64,000 nt of DNA from Eledone cirrhosa (taxonomy: Eukaryota). The stretch spans positions 88,474,001-88,538,000 of the forward strand of contig OZ024742.1 in NCBI GenBank assembly GCA_964016885.1, written 5' to 3'. A program made the translations under genes and the position numbers. The first letter of the stretch is position 1. Every line of letters begins with the position of its first letter. Under the pieces are notes generated by a model. The model did not search any database, had not been told where the DNA came from, and was given only the letters and a program-made list of their open reading frames with translations. This document shows, in pieces, positions 12,571 through 24,200 of the stretch.

Positions 12571-14753
12571 TTGTTCTTTGAGTCTCAGTCATTGATGTTA
12601 TTTAACTGGAAAGTTTGTTGAAATGAATATCAAGCCACTACTTGCAGCCTCAGATATATAGGACGTTACGGAGGGTTATTGCTGTTCCCAGCAAGCATGC
12701 CTTTTGAAGTGTTCCAAAAAGCGGCGCTGGACTAATCTTCTTTAACCATCCTTGGAAACTCTTTGAGATAGTACCTAGTGCGCCTATGACAATCGGGACG
12801 ACCTTGATTTCATTGCAGTTCCAAAACCTTTTTACCTCCCACTTTAAATGCTGGTATCTGTTAATTTTCTCCCTCTCCTTTTATTGCACTCTCGTGTCAA
12901 ATGGACAGACTACATCTACGATCAGGCACGATCATTTTTGCTTGTCCAAAACCACAAGGTCAGGTCTATTGTGTTCTAATTTCTTGTCCGACTGTATCAT
13001 AAAATCCCATAGCATATGCTCATACCAATTCTCAGATTGTGGTAAATTGTTTACTTTGCATAGATGGTAGTGGACCAGCCTGCCTATCACATCCAGTCTC
13101 CAGCCTTTATAATGAGTCTGGGCTAGGTGTTTACACTCGGATACAATGTGAGCCACAGTCTCTCTCCACAGATCCTACACAGTGAGCTAGCCTCCTTCTT
13201 GCCAATATGATGTTTCACGCACTTCGTTCTGAGGGCTTGCTCTTGCGCGGCAATTAGCATTCCTTCTATAGCTTTTTAAGGTCTCCTCTTTTTAACCAGT
13301 TCCATGTATGTGGATCTCTAAATTCAGTTTTCCTAAAGAAGGGATTTTTCATGAAGGTTGCTCTTCTTCCTTGTTGTTAGTTCCTACTTGGACATCCCCT
13401 GGCCTATTGTCTTCTCGTTCAGTACAATTTTGAGCATTGGCTCCCTACTATCATCCACGTATTTATGCAGAATGTATTTCTCTATCTACGTCTCTCCTCT
13501 TGTGGAACATGTTGTGGATAGTCAATAGCTGCCTAGTCTTCCTATCCATTTCTTTTTCTTCAGCAACATTCCATTTCAGAATTCCCGCACCGTACCTAAT
13601 AATAGACACATCTCGAAAATCACTGCACTTATGACACTCCTACTATTTAGATGTTATTTTAATATGCTCCTTACTCTCCTTATGTACTCAGATCTTATCA
13701 ATTCCTTCATCTTTTTTGTTCTTGATGTCATCTTCTTCCAGAACACCTAAATATTTGTATTCTTCTTCAGTGTAAATTTCCTTTATCATCTCACCTGTTG
13801 GTACCTGGATTCCGTTACTTCTGCCCAATTTACCTCTCTTCATCACTAGAATATCACACTTATTAATACCAAATTCCTTACATATATCATTGCTGAAATT
13901 CCTTACATATATCATCACTCTTTTCAAAGAGTTTAAGAACGTCCCAACTTGTATCCTTCTCTCACTGTTCGCAATATAACGGTCAGAGGGGCAGAGGGGA
14001 CAAGCAGCAGAGGGGACAAACACCTCCCTAGAAGATACCTCTCTTGATCTTCACGCCTCCCAAGGATTCTCCACCCGATGTTAATTCTGTTTCCCAGGAC
14101 TTCATACTTTTGCTCAACAACTCTCTAATGTTAACTGCCACCTTGAAGATCTCTAGGCTTTTGGTTATCCAATAATGAAGTACCATGTCGAATGCCTTTT
14201 TGTAATCCCATGGCAAGACCAGTGTGTCTCCTCTTCAATTCCTCATTACCATCGTATCAATAAGTAACTGGTCTTTTGTACCATGAGACTTCTTTCGGCA
14301 TCCTTTCTGTTCGTCCGGTAACAAGTTGTATATATGGAGGTGATGGTAGATTTCCTCAGACAAAATGCTTGTTAACAGTTTCCACATTACGGACTAACAT
14401 CTGATAGGGGTATAGTTGGTAACATCATTACCCTAGATTCGGTCTTTCATTACCAGAACCTTGGTACCTTTTGTCAACCACTCTGGTACATCACCCGTCA
14501 TCAAGCAGTCATTGAACATAGTTGTCAGTTTCGGATGGAGAGATGTTATATATTTAATCCAATACCCTTGCACACCATCTGGGCCTGGTGATTTCCAGTT
14601 GGTTAGCTTTTTGGCCTGCCCCTTAAGTGTTTCAACTGTGATACTCACATCAGGTTGTTGATGTACTTGTTCATTGATCTCATTTTGAACTGTCTCAATC
14701 CACACTGCCTGGCTATTATGTTCAACCCACACTGCCTGACTACTATGTTCAAC
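12571..14753 (-). mobile_element. R4/Dong-clade element family D1, 5'-truncated and decayed
   Basis: Homologous to the 32641-36033 ORF: WKSPGPDGVQGYW, DYKKAFDMV, YKYLGVLE, HNRPDLVV. Flanked by (ATT)n. Confidence 0.92.
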
Positions 14754-14767
14754 ATTATTATTATTAC

Positions 14768-14807
<40 letters not shown>

Positions 14808-15031
14808 GGACGCACATGTGTGAAGAATCCAAATCTGCGTGGGAAAAGGTTCGTAACTTTAAGCTATTTTAAAGTGTCATTTTATGTATTTTCTTGTCGT
14901 AAACGAAACTCAAGGTACACATCTTGATTTAAAGAGAGGGATACCTCTCAATATTCGGGCTTTAAGCCCGAATATTCAGATTTATTTTTTAAAAACTTCG
15001 AAAAAAATCGCTTCCCCACCCCCAAAAAATT

Positions 15032-17023
15032 ATGGAAATTGTCGACCTAGAAACGGTAAACAACGTTTAGGTCAATAGTTTAAAGGCAGCCACTGTAGAT
15101 TTCACCACGACTACGACGGCTACAGCCATGCCTGTCATCCACTCTACTGAATGTGAAGGCAAAACTAAAGAGCTACCGTCACAACCTGCTGTGATAGCAG
15201 CAGTATCATCTGAAAACGACATCACCACCGCCGCCACCACTACCACCACAACAACAACAACTCAGAGCAATAACGACAATAACACCGACAGCTTCAATGT
15301 AAACACGGATGGCGGTGGCAACAGCATCAACAAACAAAACAACAACAACAACACCAATAACAACAGCAACAATGACCACACCAACAATAAAAGCATCAGA
15401 AGCACCACATTTGCTGCAGCAACAGCAAAAACAAAGCGCTTATTGAATATTGATATTGATATTAGCGATAAAGAAGAACAGTTGGCCCAAGCGTGGAGGC
15501 TAATTAAACGGGAGAAGTCCTGGGCAAACCTGACCATCCCGGACGAGGTAATAGCGGCCATGCAAAGAAGGACGGTGCTATTTCGATGCATTTCGGTTCA
15601 GACACGAAAAGTGGAACTTGCCAGCCAAGCTGAGGTAGAGGCTGCTTTGGAGTACATCGGAAGTAACATAGAGTACAAAGCAAGAGGCAAACAGTTCGGT
15701 ACCATCTCGGTACTGTTCAAAACCGAGGCCCTCGCTATTAAGCACTTGGTGACCCCCTGCAGAACGGAACGCATTATCATGCATCCGTCCTATATGGGTA
15801 AAAGGACAGTAAAGGTACGCATTCCCAGCATCCCAGCAGGAATGAACATATGGTGGCTGCTGGCATGCGTAATCGAGGAGGGGACAGACACTACCCTCCT
15901 GGATATCAAAAGGACAGAGAGAGAGGACTGGTCCGGAATGGATTTGGAGATTCTTCTCTAAATGAAACCGGAGGACATGAAGACCATTCCGGATTTTGCC
16001 CGCCTGCAGGACGGGACAACAATCCAACTAATCATTGACGGAAGAAGGACACGCTGCTTCGTCTGCGGGGAAGCAACCATCTGCAAGCCTTTTGCCTTCA
16101 GCGCAAAAATGCAGGGGCTCGCAAACCTACTTTGTTGCCAACGCCAGTGTCAGCACGGAAAGCTGCACCACCACCACCATCAAAAACAACACTAACAAAA
16201 ACACGGACACCAACATCAAAAACAGCCGAATCACCACCAACACCAAAACCAATCCAAGGGGAAAACGAGGAAAACTCTCCCACTCCTTCTACCCCCCCCA
16301 CATTATACGCATAGACAAAACAATAAACGCACACACAGACACAGAGACACTCACAGCCACAGACCATTTGTCTTCCAGCAGCGAAGAGGAGGGAAAACCC
16401 AAAAGTGCAAAAAAAACAGAGTAAAAATAAAAAAAAAAAGCCCCAACAAAACACAAAAGCATACACAACGAAAAATACAGACACCACTAACGCAAACACT
16501 TCCCCAATAACATCATCACCAACAGCAACATCGACACCACCTCCACAATCCCCGAAACGCAAACAACCTAAACAAACACAAGTACAAATAATCACACAAA
16601 TACCTGAAATTGCAGACACCACACCTACAACAAACACAGACATACCCGAAACAACACCACCAAAACCATCACCACCACAGTCTCCAAAACAAAAACAAAT
16701 AAAACCACACCAACAAAATATTAAAAACTTCGTGCTTGTCAGAAGGGCCAACGATAATCTGATGGCCCTCTTAGCATGAAGCGAGGACATTCAGACAGAG
16801 GGGGGAGATTTTTGAAATGAACACATTTTGCGTGCCAGAAGATTAGCTTCTGGTCCGAATGTCACGCAATTCCTTCAAAGAAATTCGAGAGAGCTTTCCT
16901 CAAGACCTGGGAACTCCGAATGTGAAACCCACATCAAGACTTTTAAAGGGATTCCCAAAAGAAACCCCGCCAACCATGGAGGTCGAACAACCCGACCTTC
17001 ACAAGACCCCGGGAGGTAAGTAA
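15032..17023 (+). pseudogene. Tx1-A ORF1 (Thr/Asn-rich N-terminus, RRM-like domain, CCHC knuckle, Pro/Thr-rich tail), disrupted
   Basis: KQFGTISVLF..., GRRTRCFVCGE. The C-terminal RMSRNSFKEIRESFPQDLG aligns with family B RITQKTYMTLKQKFPKDIG and ends GGT AAG TAA. Confidence 0.8.
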
Positions 17024-17054
17024 ACCTTCCCTCTCTCTCTCTTAGCTTACCAAT

Positions 17055-20000
17055 ATGGCCATATTAAGAGTAGGAAGTTTAAATGTTTGCGGCCTGGGGT
17101 CACCCTGGAAGCAGGGTCGCCTGCTCAACGACCTCAGGCCATTGGAAATGGATGTGATTACCGTCAGCGAGAACAGAATTTCCGACACGCGCGCACTAGC
17201 CCCCATTTTCGACGACTATCAAATCTCCGCATCTGTTAGCAGACCTGAATTGGGGGTGGGGTGGCAGTGCCATTTAGGAAAGGACTGGATCTCGGGGGTA
17301 AGTTCGATCTACGGGATTCGGATGGTAAGTTGGTGGTCTTGGATGTGAGCAGTAGCGAAGGTGGTGCCTTTAGACTGCCGGCCGTCTATGCCCCTACAGG
17401 GGCCGGATGACCGGACTTCTTTAGGCACCTGGAGACCTTTCTGGGTACGTCTCGCCCTTTATTGTTAGCGGGGGACTGGAATGACATCTTAGACGCACGC
17501 TGGAATTGTGTGGGTGTAGCCGATAGGAGCGGGGGGTGCAAAAGCCTCAAGCACCTACTCAGACAGTTCCAACTGTCCGACAGGTATCGACTAGATTTCC
17601 CCAATGTGCAGATGTGGACATGGACCAACCGAATGGGGTCATCTAGATTGTATATAGGCAGGATCTTCATTAGGAAAATAGATAGAAATAGTGTAGGCTG
17701 CCCACTTTTTAAAATGTTCGCCTATTCAGATCACAAATTTGTGATCTGTACGGTCGACCTAGATAAAACGCGTAGGTTAGGACCGGGTTACTGGAAGCTG
17801 AACATGTCATTTCCAGCACGTAAGGTTTACAGGGACCGAGTCAACAATTTAGTTAAGCAAAAGTTGACAGGGGGATCATCAACAACAAATGGTGGGGGCT
17901 CTCAAAAGAGAGATTAGAGTAACTTGGATAGAGTTCAGCAAAGAACTAGCGTTAGAGAAAAATAGAAAGGAGCGGGAGCTGGTAGATAAGTTAGACGAGG
18001 CTATTTGTAGTGGTATTGCAACTGACGTGCTACCGGCGAGAATGCCATTAGACCATTTCTTTAATGCAAAACACGAAGGTTGCATTGTCAGAGCTAAGGC
18101 GCGTGCGCTAAGAAACGAGGGACCAAAGCTGTTCGATGGGCCCGCGTGGTGGAGGCGCAGCGTGGTAATAAAACCACAATTCGGTCTTAGGCCGACCGAG
18201 ACGGACACGAGATAAGCGATTGCAAGCGGATGTGTGAGGCCTTTCGCCAGAACTTTGCTCGGTTGTTCTGGGAGAATGCCGAGTCATAGAGAGTAGCGGA
18301 TTTCAATCCCTATCTTGACGGCTTGCCGCGCATCTGGACGGTCGTCGCTGAGCGCTGCGAAAGGCCGATTACTTCAGCCGAAATTCAGGACGCTCTTGTC
18401 GGCTGCATAAGGCGCAAGTCACCCGGTTTGGATGGCCTGCCCTACGAGCTTTGCGTAAATATGCAGACTTGTTCTCCGAACGCCTCGAAGCACTTTACTG
18501 CAACTGGCAGCAGAATGGGAGTATTCCCAGTTCTGTGAGCAGGGGAGTGGTGACGCTGATAAGGAAAGACGAGAACACGAGGGATACATTAGACAACTTC
18601 AGGCCCATAACTCTGCTCACCACAGAGTTTAAGATTTTGGCCAAAGTGTTAGCAAAGAGATTGGCGCTTGTCGTCGAGGATTTGGTTGGGGAGGAGCGAA
18701 CTTGCGCAATCCCAGCCAGGTCCATACACGACAATCTCCACCTCATGCGATACATCATAGAGAGGGTATGGTGTAAACCTGGCTTCGGTGGGGCACTGAT
18801 CAATTTAGATCAATCGAAAGCTTCGATAGGGTTGACCATTGGTACCTGGAGTTTGTCCTCAAAGCAGCTGGCTTAGGCCCTGTCTTCAGAAGCTGGATCG
18901 CTGCAATACACAGCGGCACACGCTCGGTGGTCAAGGTTAATGGCCACCTCTCGGAACTATTTCGGCTCTCCCGATCGGTCCGTCAAGGGTGCCCTCTCAC
19001 TTCCCTTATGTACGTATTGACTCTCGAGCCTTTTCTTCGGAAGCTGGAGCTGTTGCAGGGCATGGGGAAAGGCTGTGTCGGCTTATGCGGACGACATCAC
19101 CGGGATGGTGTCGAACACCTCAGAAATCGAGGTCGTCGGCACCTTATTGAAGGAATATGAAAGGTTGACAGGAGCCAAACTTAACCCGGAAAAGACGGTG
19201 GGCTTGCAGCTTGGAACCTGGAGAGGTAAGCCCATGCCGTCCAACAGTGTCGTGGGGCGCTGGACGAACAGACCGGTAAAGTTGCTCGGGGTTTGATTCG
19301 GACCAGACCTCCAGCTGGAAAATAATTGGGACGAGGTAACGAGCAGAGTACCTAGTCTCACCCAAAAATGGGCTGGGAGGAAGCTATCACTAAAATGTCG
19401 CGCGGAGGTGGCGAATGCGTACATCGCGTCCGTCATCTACTACCGTCTGACCGTCGTGCTTTTCCCCCGTCCGCGCCTCATCAAGTTGGAACGGCTCCAC
19501 TTCAAATTATTGTGGAGAGGACAAGTTCCGTTGGTGAGGCGGTCCATCTGCTGCCAGCACCCTCTACGCGGAGGGCTGGGCATGCCGTGCCTAATGATGT
19601 GCAGACATGCGTTGAGGCTGCGACATCTCCAGGTATTCTGCCTCAAAGTGGAACAGGTGTGGTCGCCGTTTATCAGACGGGCCTTTCCGCAGCTCATTTC
19701 TTTGACTGAGCTGCAGTCCTGGGTCAAGAAGAGACCGAGACTGGGTGACTGGCACCTGGAATGTTGCCAGGAACTAACTGCCCTCTACCAAGCGGGCAAT
19801 GCGATCAGTGGAACTTCCACTCTCGAGTTCTATAGAGGATTAGTGGTGGGCAAGTGCGATGACGCACTCGGAGAAGCTTTGGGCCTCGACGAAGTCGAAC
19901 TGACCAGTCTGTACCGGAGGACTTTTGAGCCGGGTACGATGGACAATTTCCAGAAATCCCTCGCTTGGCAGTTCTACCGTGGGGCACTGCCGGTTCGGGA

Positions 20001-20453
20001 TAAAGTCTACAGGCACGGAAGTGCTGTCAGACGGACTGCCCAAGATGCGCACAGAACGACGAAACCGTTCTGCACGCACTTGTCCAATGTCCGTGCATTA
20101 CTGACTTGTAGAGTTATGTCGACCAGCTACTGTCGCGTGTGGAACGAATCCGGTTATCGGCCGAGGCCATAGTGAAGATCGACCCACCGCCTTCCTTAGG
20201 TCAGGAAGAGCAGGAAATTTTCCTCTGTCTGGTGGCAGTTGCTAAAGAGGTTATATGGAGGACCAGGTTAAAAGGACTGAAGAGAGACACTTTTCTCTTC
20301 GGCCAATCCTTCATCAACTTCTTCAAGTTTCACCTGGAAAGGAAGTTGAAGGTGGAGAGAGAAGTGCTGCGCCCCAGTACATTTCCTAAAAGGTGGGTGA
20401 ATGTGGCGATCATGGCTCGTGTGAATGGGCCTACTCTGTCCATGCGCCTATAG
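17055..20453 (+). pseudogene. Tx1-A ORF2 (APE-RT-zinc finger), frameshifted
   Basis: SLNVCGL, GDWN, SDH, GYWKLN, KSPGLDG, NFRPITLL, VRQGCPL, AYADD, GGLGMP. Confidence 0.92.
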
Positions 20454-20730
20454 GCTAGCTAACTTGAGGAAAGGGGTGCTCTTCCTGGGTGCCCTAGAAG
20501 CGCAGGGTGGTTCAGGATTGGTGGGGTACCCGAGTCACCCCAGGGCGGTCCACCCCTATCGGCGAATTTATTTTATTATATTTATGCATAGATTATTTTA
20601 TATTTTTTATATGTTCATTGTTAAATTAGTCTTGTCATTGTGCACTTTTACTCGACCTTATTGTAAACACCCACTGTCCCTGTCTTTGTATTGTCCCCTA
20701 CATGTCGGCTCTTGTGGTTAATACATGAAA

Positions 20731-20768
<38 letters not shown>

Positions 20769-21085
20769 GAAAGATGGGTGAGAGAGGCAATAATAGCCCG
20801 AGTGAACGGGTCTACTCTGAGTATGTCTCTGTAAATTAAAGGTGGAAAACTGGGAAAGGGCACAGGCCCTACTGGTCAGGGTTACTGTGGCTTTTTAATG
20901 GGTTTTCTCCACGAATGTCCCTCGGAAGTCTCCCCTGTATAGGGGCATTTTTCATTGTTATTTTTCTGTTACATCCTCTGTTTTTGTTTTTTGCAAGCAG
21001 ATATGCCCATTTGTACTGTCCTGTATTGTCCTGTACTGTCCTTAATGTCTACTTTATGTAAACCCTTGTGGTTAATAAAGAGACC
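20769..21085 (+). mobile_element. Tx1 family B 3' fragment (severely 5'-truncated)
   Basis: Matches 59198-59506 (GAAAGATGGGTGAGAG...CCCTTGTGGTTAATAAAG). (ATT)n on both sides. Confidence 0.92.
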
Positions 21086-21110
21086 ATTATTATTATTATT
21101 ATTATTATTA

Positions 21111-21149
21111 TACTGGGTAATTGCTGGCCTTGTGCCTAAAATAGAAACA
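21111..21149 (+). mobile_element. SINE 3'-terminal fragment embedded in (ATT)n
   Basis: TACTGGGTAATTGCTGGCCTTGTGCCTAAAATAGAAACA followed by (ATT)n. Confidence 0.8.
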
Positions 21150-21209
<60 letters not shown>

Positions 21210-24200
21210 GGCGACCAACGTAGTAAATCGTATCATCGTGAGCTCCGCAAAGGTTTGTCGTTTTCGTTTGTTTAAAATTGCCATTTATGGAAATTTTTGA
21301 TTGTTAACTGTATATAAGTGCACATACATTGTTTTCCGAAAAGGACACTCAAAAAGATTAGGGCCTTGAGTCCAAAATTTTATAATTATCAAACAAAAAT
21401 TGTATAATTATCAAACAAAAATTTTTCTTTGAAGCATCATGGCTTACTCAGAGTCACTCCTTTCTAACAAACTAACACCTCACACCGACACCACCATTGT
21501 AAATATTACTACGTTTGCCAACACTAAAAATATAAGCAGTAGCAATATTTTAAATTTGTCTCAGGCAGACATTCATTTCCCGCCATTACCAATGACTGCA
21601 GGTGTTAAAGCCGCCACCACCACCACCACCGCGTCAACAGAAACAAAAGAAAAAAATAAATTAACTCGTGATATCGAAATGAATTCAACCAAAATGAACT
21701 CTTCCACACCGAACACCATTGATGCCACCACCACCACAACTGAAACTAAAATTAATAATAACAAAAATAACGATAACAACAGCAGCAACAATGACATTAA
21801 GAAAACCCCACTGAGTCTTCCCAGAGTAGTAAAACAGTGCGAAGCATTTCAGGTAACTCAGGAGGAATTAGAAGAAGCCAAAAAAATGGCAAAGAAAGAT
21901 GGGTACAGGGCAAGCCTGACCCCTCGACACCCCCACATAATAAAATGGAGCATCGGCGCCTATGCACCGTGTCTCATCGAACAATTAATATAAAATTGCG
22001 CCGAGTGGAACGGGCATCCGAGTCCCAAATCCATAAAGCTTTGGGACATGTAAGGGCAGTGGTGGTGGTACTGTTGGATGTGGTGGTGGTACTGTTGGTA
22101 GTGGTGGTGGTACTGTTGGTTGTGGTGGTGTTACTGTTGGTTGTGGTGGTGGTAATGTTTGTAGTGGTGGTGGTACTGTTGGTAGTGGTGGTGATACTGT
22201 TGGTTGTGGTGGTGGTACTGTTGATTGTGGTGGTGGTACTGTTGGTAGTGGTGGTGGTACTGTTGGTTGTGGTGGTGGTACTGTTGGTGATGGTGGTTGT
22301 ACTGTTGGTAGTGGTGGTGGTACTGTTGGTTGTGGTGTTGGTACTGTTGGTGATTGTGGTTGTACTGTTGGTACAAAACCAACGCCTGTGGCGGATTTTC
22401 CATTCCAGGCCTATCACAACTGGAGACAGATCGTGACGACGAGGAGTGGGAAACGGTATCAGGAAAAAAGAAAAAAAGAAACCAAAAAAGAAAAAAACTC
22501 TCTTTGTTCACCCTCCAAAAAAGAAATACAGATGGAAACAAATAAAATATCAAACAAAAAAGTTAGGACAGACATGCCACCATCCACACGAGCATCACCA
22601 ACCCCATCACCCCAAACACCAACACCATCACCATCATTAATCCCAACATCCCCTATACAACAAAAGTCACCAAAATGTGAAATGGAAACAAACCCACAAC
22701 AAACGCGAACAAAACAAAACAACCAAAACGATAAACACTACACAGAATTAAATTTGAACAACAATCAATTATTACACTATAACCAACACGACACCAGCAT
22801 CACAGAAAAGACTACACAACAACCCACAAGTTCACACCACCCCCACACATACAAATCACTCGCATCACACGGAAAACGTACATGACACTAAAATAAAAAT
22901 TCCCCAAAGACATCGGAGACTTCCGACAAGCACTCTCCAGGAGGATTTATAAGGACATCCTTCCTGAGGAAGCCACAAGCAGTGAAAAGGATGCAGAAAC
23001 CGTCCTTCCTCTACGAAAAGTAAGGTAAGTGGTCTTTCCCATCTTTTCCACTCCATTTCAACATGACATCACTCAGCATAGGCAGCATAAATGCGCGTGG
23101 CTTGGGGTCGTCATGGAAGCAGTGCCACCGTCATGGAAGCAGTGCCACAGGTCACTAAACATAGATGTAGTGGCCATTAGCGAGACCAGAATCTCCGAAG
23201 CACGGGCCTTCCAACTGATCTTCGGCGGCTACGATGTGTACGCATCTCCCAGCCGTCCTGGATCGGGGGAGGAGTTGCTGTGCTTTTTCGGAGAGGTTTG
23301 GATCTTGCCATACAGGCCATCTTCCTGGACCCAGAAGGTAAGCTGGTGGTGCTGGACATGACCACCGGAGACGAGCAAGCTTTCAATTTATTGGCCGTCT
23401 ATGCCCCGACAGAAGCAGGGCGGCCTGATTTCTTCCGGCGTCTGGAGACCTTTCTTGGAACGTCCCGCTCTTTAGTGTTAGTGGGCGACTGGAACGGGAT
23501 CTTAGATGCACGCTGGGATTGTGTGTGATTAGTGGATAGGGGAGGAGGGTGAAAGAGTCTCACCAAGCTGCTCAGGGGTTTTGAATTGTCTGACAGGTAC
23601 CGATTGGATTTCCCGAACGTGCCAATGTGGACTTGGACAAATCGCATAGGGTCATCCAGATCATATCTAGATAGAGTATTTTGTAGGGAAATAGATAGGT
23701 CTAGCATAGGCTGTCCACAATTCAAGATAGTCAGCTACACCGACCACAAATTCGTAATCTGTGTGCTTGATTTAGATAGGCTTCATAGACGAGGACCCGG
23801 CTACTGGAAGCTAAACGCGTCCTTACCAGCGCGCAAGGCCTACAGAGACCGGATTAGCGAACTAGTTAAGCGAGCGTCGACGGGGGCCATCGTCAACGTG
23901 TGGTGGTTTGCTCTGACAGTCCATTATGTTTAGTAAGGCTTTAGCAATAGAGAAAAAGAGAGTAGAGGGAGAATTATTTAGAAAATTAGACGAGGCGCTT
24001 TGCAAAGGCATCGCGACCGACGTACTTGCGGCGATATTGGCCCTTGACCAATTTTTCAATGCAAAGCACGAAGGCTGCGTTGTCAGAGCTAGGGTGCGTG
24101 CTCTCAGACACGAGGGGACGAAAGCCGTTCAATGGGCCCGAGTGGCGGAGGCGCGTCGTGGCAACAAAGACACGATCCGGTCTTTGGTGGACCACGACGG

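Larger units (their letters stand above)
14808..20732 (+). mobile_element. Tx1/L1-clade LINE family A, full-length and decayed
   Basis: Starts GGACGCAC after (ATT)n, carries ORF1 and ORF2 relics, and ends CTTGTGGTTAATACATGAAATC(ATT)n. Confidence 0.9.

Noticed and set aside
17016-17045. 30-nt micro-intron fusing ORF1 to ORF2 in family A
   Set aside because: Too short for typical metazoan splicing, and family B has no AG in the inter-ORF spacer.
20425-20721. Hydrophobic ORF in the Tx1-A 3' UTR as a spliced ORF1 extension
   Set aside because: Using the true ORF1 frame (ending 17023), the putative splice enters a different, short frame.
21837-22553. Val-rich membrane-like and Thr/Asn-rich mucin-like ORFs
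   Set aside because: Translations of the 21-bp minisatellite.
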